A stretch of 64,000 nucleotides of DNA from Octopus sinensis (lineage: Eukaryota). The notes under the pieces are model-generated. The model worked only from the letters and a program-made list of their open reading frames with translations, ran no database searches and was not told where the DNA came from. This document shows, piece by piece, positions 40,690-54,817 of this stretch; position 1 is the first letter of the stretch; every line of letters begins with the position of its first letter. Made by a program: the position numbers and the translations under genes. The stretch covers positions 92,566,001-92,630,000 of the forward strand of contig NC_042998.1 in the NCBI RefSeq assembly GCF_006345805.1, in the 5' to 3' direction.

Positions 40690-40980
40690 CAAAGAAGCAA
40701 AGCTAGCCTGCTCTGGTGCATGTGTAATGTTAGTGAGCATGAACTCAAGTATACAGAGCTGAGAGAAAACTGGGAATCAGAGGAATAAGGTGATGTGTAC
40801 AAGAGAGAGAGAGAGAGAGAGAGAGAAGGCTTTGCTTGTATGGGAATAGGATGCACATTGAAGATGACTGCTACATAAGGAAGTGCTGAGTGCACAGTTA
40901 GTGGAACCTACAGAAGAGGGGGACCAAAGAAAACTTTGGACAAAATGGTAAAGGATGAGCTGAAGATGCTGTTCCTCATT
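40690..40980 (+). mobile_element. Old RTE 3' remnant
   Basis: GCTAGCCTGCTCTGGTGCATGTGTAATGTTAGT and GGAACCTACAGAAGAGGGGGACCAAAGAAAACTTTGG match 30865-31100. Confidence 0.6.
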
Positions 40981-42537
40981 TAAACACATACACATGAGAC
41001 AAGCATGCTCTGATGGATATATAATGTTAGTGCAAGTGAATGGCACAAAATGAGCTGATAGAAAACTAAGTAGAAAAGGAAGCAGATGTAATATACAAAG
41101 AAGAGAAGACTACACTTGAAAGGACCAATCTTACAAACTATCCCCTTGACAATTTATGGCTCAAAATTAGTATACTTTGCCCATCTCTTACATCAGTTAA
41201 CCTAAAACTACTTTCAGATATTTCTATTTTACATCTTTCAGAAACATTAACGGAAAAGCAGATGCTAGCTTGTCTAAGTACATATGGTCACTTAAAGACC
41301 AACGGAACATCAACTAAAACATCAAACTGTGTTATGGACTGTATTAAAGCATAAAATATGAATGGACAATGCATCCCATGAACTGCAGAAAAAAACCTGA
41401 ATGAATTATGTTTTGAAGAAATGTCTAGGTACAGACTAAGAAACTTTATTCCTATGTTGTCTAAAACTAACAGAGAACAGTTACATTCACACACCAACAT
41501 ACCTAAAACACTCTATTTGACACCTATCAACCACATCCCACATTCATTATTACAAGTTTAAAGGCAGTGAGATACCGGAATCGTTAACATACCAGACAAA
41601 ATGTTTAGCAGCATTTTGTCTTCTGTTTTGAGTTCATAATTTGCCAAGGCCAATTAAATAAATACCAGTTAAACACTGGGATCAATGCAATTACTTTACC
41701 CCTTCCCTAAAATATAGCTGGCCTTGGGCCAAAATTCGAAAGCATTATTACATATTTAAATACCCACACTACCCAGCTTGATGCCTGGATCCTATACTCC
41801 ATATCATTCGTCATATTACCAAAATTTATCACCCCATATTCCACATTATAAATCCAAATATTTTACTCTAAACATTTTTATACTGTAAGCATGCACATCC
41901 TTATATTCCTAACCCTAACATTCTTACAATACCTCATGCTTTATTCATTACAACACCATAGCACAAAAATCATTTCCCTAACTTTGTCTCTTTATATATA
42001 TATTTATCTATTCTTTATGTTCTTATATTCGTCAATATTTAATCTTTTTATTTTTGCTTTTCTCTAATCATTTATTTATATATTGATTCATTTATCTGTA
42101 AAAACATTCTCTTCTCTACATTATATTTTTGTTATTTTACTGCTCTCTTATATAATATATATATATATATTTACTTTACCTATTCACCACACATGATCGT
42201 TGAGCATGCAAAGGATTTCATATTTCATATCCAAATGCACATCATCTCCATACCTTCTGATCTATCTACAGGTTTATGACACTGCTGCTCTTGTCATCTC
42301 CTTCCTGAGCCATTTCAATCTCTCTCATCTTCCCACCTCCATACTGATATTTATCATCAACCACACACCTGCCTTTATTCATCACTCACTACATTCACTC
42401 CTACCCCCATCTCTATCAATCTGTCCTTCTCCTCTAACACACTTATGAAACTACCCACCATCTCTTTCCCCCTTGAACCACTGCCAGTATTCTCTCTTTT
42501 ACTCACCTTATTGTACCTTGAAGAGTATGCTCTAACT

Positions 42538-42776
42538 TAGTGGTTCTCAACTGAGGTTTATATGACCCTTGGGAGTCTATATAAGATTTTGTTAAAATTT
42601 GCACAATAAATTGGTTTTACTTCCACAATACACAAAATATCTTAATTTTTTTTACACAATTCATAATAATATTTGATTACAAAAATATAACAGGATTTTT
42701 TTAATGTTATGGGGGTCCATTGAAGCAAAATAAAAATCAAAGGGGTCCATAGGTAAAGAATAGTTGAGAACCACTT
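42538..42776. mobile_element. hAT (Charlie-like) MITE
   Basis: TIRs TAGTGGTTCTCAAC / GTTGAGAACCACTT; TSD CTCTAACT / CTCTAACA. Confidence 0.85.
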
Positions 42777-43306
42777 CTCTAACACCTTGTCACTATCAAC
42801 TTTATCTTCCTTCAAGCTGCTTCCACCTACCCTAATATAATGAGAGGTAGCCATGTATTTCTTCAATAGCAAGGTACCTGTGTTTGTCCCTCTATCATCT
42901 TTCAACACCCGGCATAAATACTCTCAAATACTTCCACTCAGTCAAGAGGACTTTTTTTATTGTTCTTCCTTTCTTATTTTGTAATCTCACAAGTTATTTG
43001 GTATTCTCACTTGCATAGGTATCATGAAAAAAGCACCCAGTACACACTAAAAAATGGTTGGTATTAGGAAGGCCATCCAGCTATAGTGATCATGCCAAAG
43101 TTTAAACTGGTGCTTGATGTAGTTCTGTAGTTTCTCAGATCCTTTCAAACCATTCAATTCATGCCAACATGGAAAACAGATGAAAAATAATAATGGTACC
43201 AACATATTAGGTACATTCAAGCTTTTGTATAAATTTATAGGCAGCTATACATTTATTTTGAGATGCTCTGTGTTTCTTTCAATAACTTTAAACATAACAA
43301 AGAATT

Positions 43307-43585
43307 TACATTATTTACATTTGATGGATATTTGTCCTCATCTTGTTTGTTGTTAACACAACGATTTGGGTGATAGACCCTCCAGCCTTCATCAGGTGTC
43401 TTGGGGAAATTTCGAACCTGGGTTCTCATTCCTAAGGTATTTTTCAATGTTGTTATTATTATTATTATTATTATTATTGTTGTTGTTTTTGTTGTGTTAA
43501 CAACAAACAAGATGAGGACAAATATCTGTCAAATGCAAATAATGTACATAATGTGCATAATTCCTCATCTCTTAAATATAGAACT
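43307..43585 (-). mobile_element. PLE terminal fragment in inverted arrangement with decayed hammerhead (43355-43400)
   Basis: 43307-43362 is inverted versus 43491-43546. Minus strand GACAC-CUGAUGA-AGGCUG...CACCC-aAAuCGU-U-GUGUU. Confidence 0.65.
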
Positions 43586-43922
43586 GGAATAACAAAGAAT
43601 TTAGTAAAATAACTTAGTTATCATTAAGCTAGTGTTAGGAACATAAATTGTGACTAAGGTTTGGTGGAAGATTTTAATTCAAAACTAATGAAAACAGGAC
43701 ATTTGTACTTGGAGCCAGAGCCGACTTCAGTCGAATTAGTAATGAAAGGGTTAAGTTTCTAAATCCTGTAATTTCATAATTTTGTAATTTGTAAGAATAT
43801 GCTTTTGTACACTTTCTGTTTAATCACTGATGCACCTATGTACAAACAGATGTATTTACATGCATTTACATACAGGAATGTATGTGAACACATGGAATAA
43901 CCTAATTGTATGTATGTCCATA

Positions 43923-44310
43923 TTCTTTTATTCTTTTACTTGTTTCAGTCATTTGACTGCAGCCATGCTGGAACACCACCTTTAGTCAAACAAATTGACC
44001 CCAGGACTTATTCTTTGTAAGCCTAGTACTTATTCTATCAGTCTCTTTTGCTGAACCACTAGGTTACGGGGACATAAACACACCAACGTCAGTTGTCATG
44101 CAATGGTGGGGGGACAAACACAGACACAAATACATACATACATATATGACGGGCTTCTTTCAGTTTCTGTCTACCAAATCCACTCAGTTGGCTTTAATCA
44201 GCCCGAGGCTATAGTGGAAGACACTTGCCCAAGGTGCCACGCAGTGGGACTGAACCCAGAACCATGTGGTTGGTAAGCAAGCTTCTTACCACACAGCCAC
44301 TCATGCGCCT
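43923..44310 (-). mobile_element. SINE family A, full length
   Basis: Complete head to tail. Further minus copies at 18270-18905 (split), 47870-48182, 52112-52483, 58560-58900, 59135-59330. Confidence 0.9.
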
Positions 44311-45099
44311 ATATCTAAGAGTTTACTTGTGTGTGTGTGTGTGTGTGTGAATGTGTGTGTGTGTGTGTGTGAATGTGTGTGCGTGTGTGAATGTGTGTGT
44401 GTGTGTGTGTATGTGTGAGATTATTTATTTAATGTCCGTTTTTCCATGCAAGTGTGAGTTGAATAGGAATTGAGGCACTATTTTACACTTGAGTAACATT
44501 CTTGTCATCAATTCCTTAATTGTTTTTCAAGTAAACAATGTGTAATGCCACATTTATTTTTTTTTTTTTTTTTTTTTGAAAGAACAGAGTGACAAGAATT
44601 AACTTTTTTCTACTATAAAGCCTGAAATTTCAGGGGAGGGGGATAGTCAATTACATCAACCTCAGTGCTCAACTAGTATTTATAGTTTTGTGCCCAGAAG
44701 GATAAAAGGCAGAGTCAACCTTCAGTGGAATTTAAAATCAAAACACAAAGTCAGAAGAAATGACACAAAGCATTTTTTTCCAGGTGTGCTAACAATTGTG
44801 CCAGCTGGCCACCTTTTACAGAGTGAAACATCAAAATGCCAACAAATAATGTAAATGTCATATCCCTGTTTCACTTGGGGAATAACAAGCAAAAGCATGG
44901 AATGTCAACATTTGCATACATACACACACAACAGACTTCTCTACATATTCTCCATTTACCAATTCCACTGACTGAGATAATTCAAAATCCAAAACAATAC
45001 AAATATGAATCCATTTCTTGATACAAAGCACTCGAATTAAAATGATACATTGTATCAGTATAACCAAAGTCACAAAGAAATGCATATATCAACATGGAG

Positions 45100-45800
45100 G
45101 GAACAAATACCCACATGGTTACAAAATGTCAAGAGGTAAAATTATCACTTTGGAGAGCGTTTAGATACTGTAGTGCAAATCAAGAACTAAAATAAAGAAA
45201 TTCACAGAGTAAAATAAACATTAATTAGCAACAGATATTCAGAGATGAATAGACAAAAATATGAAGGACTATAGGAAGAAATATGATACAGGAAATACGT
45301 TAGGCATTATCCCTACTAAAATACACAAATTACACACCGTAAATTATTTGATTCAAACAGATGAACACACAATCAAAAATCACATAAAATGAAACACCAA
45401 TTGCACCACACCTAACAATAAACTGAGACTAATAATATATTACAAAAACACTAAAATGAAAAGCTTCCCTATCAGCAACACACCACACACATGAAAACCT
45501 GAGAGCAAACTATAAATTACCACTGTGATTTATTAATGCAACTGTAAAAATTATTGTTACATTGGCCATAGAGCACATAACTTTCTCTTAGGCTTGCCAT
45601 ACATTTATGACAAGGAGCAATTGCAACACACTACACAACACACCATAAAATAAAGAAAAATAGAAAATATTAACAAGCAACACACCCATACTATAGAGAA
45701 TTCCCTTGCAAAAATAGGCAATTAATTATAAAAGCAATATTCACACTACAACACAACTACACACATCAAAAACAAGATAAGCACATGACTTGATGATGCA
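45100..45800 (+). mobile_element. Old Penelope-like remnant (thumb + GIY-YIG)
   Basis: Fragments RAFRYCS..ELK, ISNRYS, CNCKNYCYIGH, LSLRLAIHL*QGAIATHY. Confidence 0.55.
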
Positions 45801-45949
45801 TAACTTCCATGGCCAAAACACATGCCTGATAATGTGAAATTCTAAATGTCAAGTTCTGGTAGTAAAAGCTGCACTGGAAAGGTTCATATCAAATCAGAAG
45901 TTAATAGCATCTCCCACCTCCTTTTTCATCCTTACACTTAGTAGTATGA

Positions 45950-46700
45950 TCATACAGGTGCAGATGGCATTATAAAACAGTACGAAAGACTGCACCTAGT
46001 CTTGACAAATTTTTGCCCTTTGAAGGGCCTAAAACTTGAGCCATCCATCTGTGTAGAATGGCTCAAATTCACTTGAACATTATAAGGAGAACACTTGCAA
46101 CCTAGACCTTTGTTATCATCATACATTGGTCTGTCCAACATTCAGTTCTATTCATGCCCAGATGAACTGAATATCTTTAAAATATAGAAAATAGTATACA
46201 TACACACATACCCTTACATAGATACAAGACTCTCACTCCCATTTACTCTACATACCAAACATTCTGAAAATATGTGATAGAAATTTCTTTCTTTATAGTG
46301 TCAAAAGCATTTAAGAGCTCAAACAAACAAAAAAATGTAATAAACAATTCTTGATATTTCTAATATTTCTCCTGAAGGCGCCTAGCTGCTTTTTAATGAA
46401 GTTTACATTGATTGTCACCTGAGAGCTGCGGAAGCCACACTTTGAGTCTGATGTGTGAAACTTTGATACTGACTGGACTAGCCTTTTTAGCAGAACATCA
46501 GACAGCATCTACCCTACAATGGACAGATGTGTTATGCCCTTACTACTTAAGTAAACAAATTTCTCTCTCTTGTTTTATAGACTACTATCCTGAACAGTGT
46601 CAAGAAAGGATTCCTTTGGACATACCATGCCTGTTAGCATGCATCAGAATTTCTTGAGCATTTGCAATTCACCATTGATTTTTCAGAGTATGAAGGGTGA
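45950..46700 (-). mobile_element. Old RTE/BovB-like reverse transcriptase remnant
   Basis: GITHLSIVG*MLSDVLLKRL..SDSKCGFRSSQVTI and GSSFRPF..FVKTRCSL resemble RGISLLS.GK..LL.RL..ESQCGFR and GVKQGCVL. Confidence 0.65.
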
Positions 46701-47399
46701 ATAGAACAGTACTCCAAAGAACACAACCCTATATTTTGTAGGTGTGTGATAACGGACTATCTAGAATTGCTTATTATTTCCTCTTGTAAATCATGGGCAC
46801 CCACATATTTTACTAGCACACAAAGGACAAAGAAATGTGAGCATGCAAGGTTTTCAAAATGAAATTGCAATTTCTTCAATTGAAGAAATTGGAGTTATGT
46901 TTACTCACATGGATATGCACATACTTAGCAAAGAAAGACAAAATTTGCACACAAAATTCTGCACAGACTAGCATCAAAAATATTACAGGAAACTTTGTTC
47001 AGGAGCATGCCAAATTGTGTTGATGTTCACATCAAACCACTCTTGATGCTCTTTTATTTTAAAAAATAGAGCGTGAACTTGAGAGCAGAATATCCACGTA
47101 TATAGAACATACACACGAAGACACTCATTCACTCACTTCCAAAAATACAAACACTTTCACTCACTTCCATACACACACACATACATATGCACACTTCTAT
47201 CTCTCTCTCTATATATATATATATTATATATATATATATAAACACACATGCAACCACACTGTTGCATGGTCAACCAACAGGAAGTGCCATATTTATGTGT
47301 CTGATGTGACTGTTGTATTAGAGACATAAATACACTTTCTCATCAGTTGACTACACATTAACAACAAAGATACCATCACAGCTCATTGTAATACAGTAT

Positions 47400-47740
47400 A
47401 TGAAATAAAAGTAGACAGAGAAACATCAGTGGACAGCATTACAATTTTATATAGAATTCCACAAAAGATAAGAAGAGCAATCATGGAAGCTTTACGAAAA
47501 GCAAAATACATCCCAAAACTCACCACAAAGATATAATACACACAAAATCAGCCAAAATCTACAAGGACTTGACCATTGAAAAAATTTTAAATCAGGTGAA
47601 AATAATATTATTATCTATAACAATATTCCCATTACCCTTTGCAACCTACTACAAAGCTTGCAAACAACTTATTCTTAACATCATTTCATTCTGATGATGA
47701 GGCTAAGAAGGTCTTGAAAATGTTAATGAACTGATGGATT
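47400..47740 (+). mobile_element. Penelope-like 3' remnant with decayed hammerhead (47679-47736)
   Basis: ITILY..RRAIMEAL..PKLT (GIY-YIG C-terminus), then UUCAUU-CUGAUGA-UGAGGC..GUCUU-GAAA-augu-U-AAUGAA. Confidence 0.55.
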
Positions 47741-49841
47741 TAGGAATGCTATTGTTGCAAACTAGATTTAAAGGACAATTAATAAATATGAAAAATCATC
47801 ACGAAATAAGATTCAACTTGAACAGTCATGTCATGTAACACACACACATGCATTTCCTCCATTCATATTATTTTACTTGTTTCAGGGTTTTAGTCAAAGA
47901 AATCGACTCCAGGACTTATTCTAATGGTCTCTTTTGCTGAACTGCAAAGCTATAGGGACATAAACACATCAGCATCAATTGTCAAGTGACGGTGGGGGGG
48001 ACAAACATAGACAAATATATATATTATAGGTTTCTTTCAGCTTCTGTCTACCAAATCCACTCATAAGGTTTTAGTCAGCCTGAGGCTATAGTTGAAAACA
48101 TTTGCTCAAGGTGCCATGCAGTGGGACTGAACCTGAAACCATGTGGTTGGGAAGCAAACTTCTTACCACACAGCCATGCCTGTGGCTTTGTATTTAATTT
48201 TATTAAAATTTCTAAACATGACAGTTTAAAACGCCATTATCACAACAACTAGGTGTCAAATTTCAAAAGGAAAAGAAAATGCCCAGCTGCAGCAGATTGT
48301 GTTAATTATATCAGTATTAATTAGAAAAGATTTTGTAAAGTAACGTAATTGCTACTGACTCAACGATCATTCAACACTGTCCAACAATGTGTTGTTTAAA
48401 ATTCAATGGAATTAGGATATAACCATTTGTAAACAATGACAAGACAGTTATTTTCTAAAACAGCTGAGATGAAAATAATGTATTCCATAATGAATCCCAA
48501 AATGCTTCTAAGCTTTGGGTTTTGCAAATGGAAAAATATTCAAGATATGTGAAGCAGTACTTCAGGGTAAGGTGCATTTGTGTATTGTATCAGCTAGATC
48601 AAGGATTACTTAAGAAGGGATCAATTATTTCCTTGGAGCAGCTCTGAACAGTAAAGCTAGCCTTTGTGAAACAATGTTCATTATATGAAATTATAGGTAA
48701 TGCCATGAAAGGTCACCAGAGATTGCAAGACTAAACATTTATAAAGAGTACAAAGGTTTCAGCTATGTGCTGATCATGAATAGCAAGGACGTAATATTGT
48801 GTATGCTTTCTTGTGATGTATTCTGTTGAGCAGGCGATATGCTGAATCTGACTGTATAGAATACAAGATTTAGCTGTAACTTGAATAATGCAAGTCTAGG
48901 AATACTTCTTTTCAATGGGGAGAGCAAAAGAAAGGATACAGTAATAATAAACTACAGAAGAAGAATATGGGGCTAAAGCTGTGAGCCAATTTCATTAGTT
49001 AGAGCAGCAAATTTTTGGAACATAGTCAAGCAAAACTGCAGGTTTGCAGTGGACCTTTAGTGCCTTCTCTTATCAAACAAGTAAATTAAGTTTAGGTAAT
49101 TAAATAGAGAAGACAAGACTGGCATATGAAACTCTGAAACAAAATTCTATCCTGGTTATTATCATTATTATTGTTCAGGTGAGACTGAAGAGAGGCAGCT
49201 TTGATGGTTAACAGTCATGATTTGCCATATCTCCTCTATGGTTACAATTAATTCCTTTGGGACCAAAAGGACCCCATAATATATACACAGATTAATTTAA
49301 TTGGATACAGCTTTCTACAGACCAGAATGGCTTTGCATTTACTTAAAAGAACTTATCTGATTATTGTTGCTATAGTGATGAATGCCATAAGAAGGTGGTA
49401 AGTTTTACATAACATGCTAAATCAATGACCTGCTGTTGATTCTCAGTTGAAACCATTTTTATCATTAATGAACTTAGATAAGATACAAATATCACAACTT
49501 CCCGTTTTCTGTCTTCTATAATGTAAGGCTTTATTATTTATATAAAGAAATTAGCATTTCCTCCTCTTTGTTGTTACTATTATTATTATTGTTGTTGTTA
49601 TCATCATCATCTAGAATCATATACTAAAGTGAAGCTGGAAGTCATTTCTTACTTGACTAATATCAAATTCCAGTGAATATGACAGGCACATAAAAGGAAA
49701 TTAGAAAAACTTTAAATATCAAAACTGACAAATATTTTTACATGTAATCAAAAAAAAATCTCACATTATTTGATACTCATGGCATAAAAAAAAGAAAACA
49801 GAAAATATAAAGTACTTATGATGGTTTATATACATACATAC

Positions 49842-49892
<51 letters not shown>

Positions 49893-50409
49893 AAACATAC
49901 GATTCACTGTTATGGGTTGTTCGTCCTGGGGGGGGGACAGTTATGTTTCAAAATATTTTTTAATATGCTCATATTTGTTTTCATTTTACAAATATTCCAG
50001 GATGTTGTTAGGTAGCCGATTTCCTCAATAATAAAATAAAGAAAGAAAATTTTTATTTATGCTGAAAATTATTCATTCTATAGCTTCAAAAGAAATAATA
50101 GGTCTACTCAACATTTGTCTGAACACAAGCTGCTGATTTATTTGTTTGAAGCATATCATTAATTTTAAAAACATTTAAGAATATGTATACCAACAGAGAG
50201 TGGACAGATAGCTTTCACTCGTAATGACAGCAGTTGATGATACAGCACAGTCATTCAGAAAAAAAAACAAACAAAGCAAGAACAACGATATACAATCTTC
50301 CAATTTGTTAAATTAAACTACATTTTATTTGTCTCAACAAATCTACACACTGTTCTGAAGGTCAGTGATTAGAAGAAACTTTTTCTCCATCCATCTGCCT
50401 GCCTCTCTC

Positions 50410-50457
<48 letters not shown>

Positions 50458-50503
50458 TTTAATGTTATCTGTTTTACCCTCATTAATAAACTATTAACAT
50501 CAA

Positions 50504-51660
50504 TAGGTGCAGGTGTGGCTGTGTGTTAAGAAGTTTGCTTCCCAACTACATGGTTCTGGGTTCAGTCCCACTGTGTAACACCTTAGGCAAGTATCTTCTG
50601 CTATAACTTTGGGCCAACCAAGACCTTGTGAGTGGATCTGGTAGATGAAAACTAAAAGAAGCCTGCTGTATACACATACACACATATATATGTATATATA
50701 TATACATACATATAAATATATATATACAAGCATAACGCCCTACCCACATCCAATGGACGGTGCTGAGTTGTCAAACATTTAAACCAAATTTTCTCAAAAC
50801 AACTTGTTTGACCGTCCCATAGGCCTCCCCTTTGAGAAACACTGATTTAACATAAATTTGAGACGCCAGCAAAGGAAGAAATAAAGATAGACTATTTTTC
50901 TATTCCAAGAAAAACGATTTTACAAATGCACATTGTCACCTGGAATAGATTTTTGTAATTTTTTCAAGACTTATACATGCCCTGATACTGTCGGTATCTA
51001 CATATCAAATTTGAGTGCAATCAGATGGAGGATGCCCAAGATCCTAGAAGACACACACACAGACAGACAGAACGGATTTTATATAATAGATATACATACA
51101 TATATCATCATCATCGTCCGTCCACTTCCCATGCTGGCATGGGTTGGACGGTTTGACTAAGGGCTGGCAAGCCAGAAAGCTGTACCAGGCTACAATCCGA
51201 TCTGGCAAAGTCTCTACAGCTGGTTGCCCTTCCTAACGCCAACCACTCCAAGAGTGCAGCGGGTGCTTTTTACGTGCTGCCGGCACAAGGGTCAGTGTGG
51301 CGGTACTGGCATTGACCACGCTTGAATGGTGCTTCTTACATGCCACCATTATGGAACCAGTCAGACGGCACTAGCATTGACCACACTCGAATGGTGCTTT
51401 TCATGTGCCAATCAGGCGGTACTGTCATCGACCACAATGTCATATATGTATGTGTTTATCCCCTGCCACCACTTGGCAACTAGCATTAATGTGTTTACAT
51501 CCATTTAACTTAGCAGTTCAACAAAATAGACAGATAGAATAAGAACCAAGCTTTAAAACAAAACAAATATGTACTAGAGTTGATCTACTCGACAAAAATT
51601 TTTTCTCAAAGCAATGCCCCAGCATGACCGCAGTCTAATGACTGTAACAAGTAAAAGATT
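50504..51660 (+). mobile_element. SINE family A with nested Helitron-like piece (50735-51091) and minus-strand RTE tail with tandem units (51105-51420)
   Basis: SINE head at 50504-50700, tail at 51450-51660. The inserts match other copies in the window. Confidence 0.75.
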
Positions 51661-52904
51661 AGAAGATCAAAGATGAATCCTACCCAATCTTTAAAGCTGT
51701 TACCTACCTCCCATCACCCCCATACACTCTTGCAAACTCTCACCACGCAACCACCCAATCTCCTAGTTCCTCTGTCCCAACAAACTCCTACTCACTCTGC
51801 TCCTGGAGGAGCCATCTGGACTTGCAGCTCTTACTAATCATTCTCTGCCCCCCCACCCATTTCTCTCTCCTGAAAAGTGAGTAGCTATGTAGTTCCTCTA
51901 CAAGAACCTGCTTAACCCTCCCCCTTCTTTCATAGTTTCACCCCTCATCTCTCTGCATAAAGCTTCTCCTCCCCAGGTTCTGTAGTCTTGCAAGCTGCAT
52001 GGTGCCCTCATTAGTGCTGGTGGCATGAAAAGTGCACCTAGTACATGCAGTAAATAGCAGTAAAGATCCTGTTAAACCATCTACCCTATAGAAGCACAAA
52101 ACAGGGACACATTCTTTTATTCATTTCAGTTGTTTGACTGCAGCCATGCTGGAGCACTGCCTTGAGTCGAACAAACTGACCCAGGGACTTACTCTTTGTA
52201 AGCCTAGTACTTATCCTATCAATCTCTTTTGCCAAACTGCTAAGTCATGAGGATGTAAACACACCAACATTGGTGGTCAAGCGATGGTGGGGGACAAACA
52301 GACACATATGTATATATATATATATATACAACAGGCTTCTTTCAGCTTCCATCTACCAAATCCACTTACAAGGCTTTGGTTGGTCTGAGGCTATAGTAGA
52401 AGACATTTGCCTAAGGTACCATGTAGTGGAACTGAACCTGGAACCATGTGGTTGGTAAGCAAGCTACTTACCACACAGCCACTTCGATGATGATGTTTAC
52501 AAAACATTAACTAAAATCACTTTTTAAAAAATTAAGTGCTGGAGTTGATTTGTTGAATTAAATCCTTCATGGTAGTGCCTCCAGCAGTACCATGACTGAA
52601 ACCAGTAAAAGATAAAAGATGCAAATATAGAAGAGTCAATTGTCCGATTGATGATTTTTCTTGAATTATGAAATGATTATTTCATACTATGTGTTCAAAT
52701 ACTTTCTGAATTTTTAAGAAAGAATTAGAATAGAAATTCATCTTAAATTTTCATTCAGGCACAAGAGAAAAATGTGTTGATGTACCATAAAAAAAGGACA
52801 TGAACCATTGTTTCAGGTTTTTATGAAAGAAGAAAATAAATAATGGATTCATGGATTGTTCATTTTACAATGAAGTTGCTGGAAGGTGTGAAGACACAAA
52901 GAGC

Positions 52905-53113
52905 TTTACCCATTTAGCACTTAAATATTCTTTCCTTTTTATGTTCACATTAGCCAGATCAAGCCCCTCACACCTACCCTACAATGTTAGTCTAAAAATA
53001 AACAGTCACATAATCAAAATTTCAAGGCTACAAGAGAATGCAGAATAAATTCAAAACAATGTGAAAAAATAAGCATTACATTTGACAGAATAATCTGAAT
53101 GCTAAAGGGTTAA
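52905..53113 (-). mobile_element. piggyBac-type MITE (diverged copy)
   Basis: Ends ATGCTAAAGGG-TTAA; inverted relative to 53232-53459. Confidence 0.6.
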
Positions 53114-53231
53114 GATACAAGTAGCACACCCAGTCACTACAGTGTGACTTGTCTGCAGGTTTGATTACAATACCCTTTTCATAATGAAAGATTCTTAGAG
53201 TAGTGGATTTGGTATTGTAGATATAAATTAC

Positions 53232-53459
53232 TTAACCCTTTAGCATTCAGATTATTCTGTCAAATGTAAAGCTTATATATTCACACTATGTAAAATTAAT
53301 CTTGCATCATTTCATGGCTTTGAGATTTCAATGATGTGATTGTTTATTTTTAAAATGACACAATAAGGTAGCTATGAATGACCATATCTGACTAGTTTGA
53401 ACATAAAAGAGGTAGAATATTTTGGCTGGATATGGCCGGTTTAAACACTAAAGGGTTAA
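53232..53459 (+). mobile_element. piggyBac-type MITE
   Basis: TTAA-CCCTTTAG...CTAAAGGG-TTAA. Confidence 0.85.
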
Positions 53460-53882
53460 AGCAGTGAGTCCCAACCTAGGGATGCAAAGCATCCCTAGGA
53501 ATAGTTTGATTAATTTTCACATCTATAAAAGAAATGTCACATTTGAGAATAGAAAAGCCGTTTTTAAAAACTAATTCATTTTTTATAATTGAATCACATA
53601 CAGTACAGTAAAATAATAAAGGTCTTAGTTTGGTCTAATAAAGTTTTTTTTTAAGAGTTAGTTAATTTTATCCAGAAAAGTGATTTTAATTAAGTACATA
53701 TTGTTGCACCCACTGAAATATCATCTTGCTTCTCCAGGCAATGCAGGCACCTGGGGTAGGAAATCTCTACCCTACAGTTATACAAATTTTCATTGCAAAT
53801 ATGATTGATATAGATTAGATTTGAGCATTTTGATTATTTTTTTAGCAATACCATTGTAAAATTTCATGTAAAAGAAAGTTAT

Positions 53883-54139
53883 AAACCCATTTGGGATTCA
53901 GTCAACAATTTTTTTTTTTTTTTACTATTTTGGCCTGTGACCACTTCTATGATACAAACTTCCATCTTTAAAGTGATCTAAATTAAAACCTTCCAACAGA
54001 ATTTCATGTTAATCTATGTTCCAAACAGCAGCTTAACAATGTAATAACAACAAAGTTATTTTACTAAATTCTTCGTTACTTTAAACATTAATTGAAAGAA
54101 AGACAGAGTATTTCAGCAGAAATATAACAAAAGTGTTAA
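53883..54139. mobile_element. Second piggyBac-like MITE family, diverged
   Basis: Interior matches, in reverse, 43590-43753 (ends AAAGGGTTAA) and 14240-14360. Confidence 0.5.
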
Positions 54140-54817
54140 CTTCAGAAATATAATTTAAGAAAATTTACAAAGCAAGTTCTGAAACATCTTCACTTTGCAA
54201 TTGAATAAATGTTGAGAAATACAGTAGTCTGTCACACTTTATAAAACACCGATGTTAAATACAGATTTAATTTTCTACGACACTTCAATCGACTGTTTAT
54301 TTCCAAAGTTTAGACTAGAATCATGTGTTGTTTATTTTTAATATTAACAATCAGTTGTTTAAATTAAAGCTAAACATTTTAACTGGGAATATATAAACAT
54401 GATTTAATAAACAGGATGTTTTAAGATATCTCAGAGACAAACATAATTAAGTTTATTGCTGATATCAAGAAATATCTTTGTATAGAACATCTCTTTACAC
54501 AAATCAAAGTCTTCTGATATATGGTGTTTAAAGTTAACATCGAGCAGAGAATAGATTTGAAATATTACAGATACACTTTCAGATCAACAACATACGAAAA
54601 TAATCTTATTTTATGTACCTAACATAGTGCAGGCAAAGCATTTTGCTTTGCAACAATGTGGTTTGGGATTCAGTTCCACAATGTGCACCTTGGACAGTCT
54701 AATGCCTAGTGAGTAGATTTAATAGATGGAAACAATGAAACCCTATTGAATATATATATGTGTGTGTAGGTGTGTGAATGTGTATGAGTGTGTATGTACG
54801 GATTTTCTTCTATAGTT

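Noticed and set aside
48500-49400. Possible PLE reverse transcriptase remnant (FLDL)
   Set aside because: Single short motif; insufficient.
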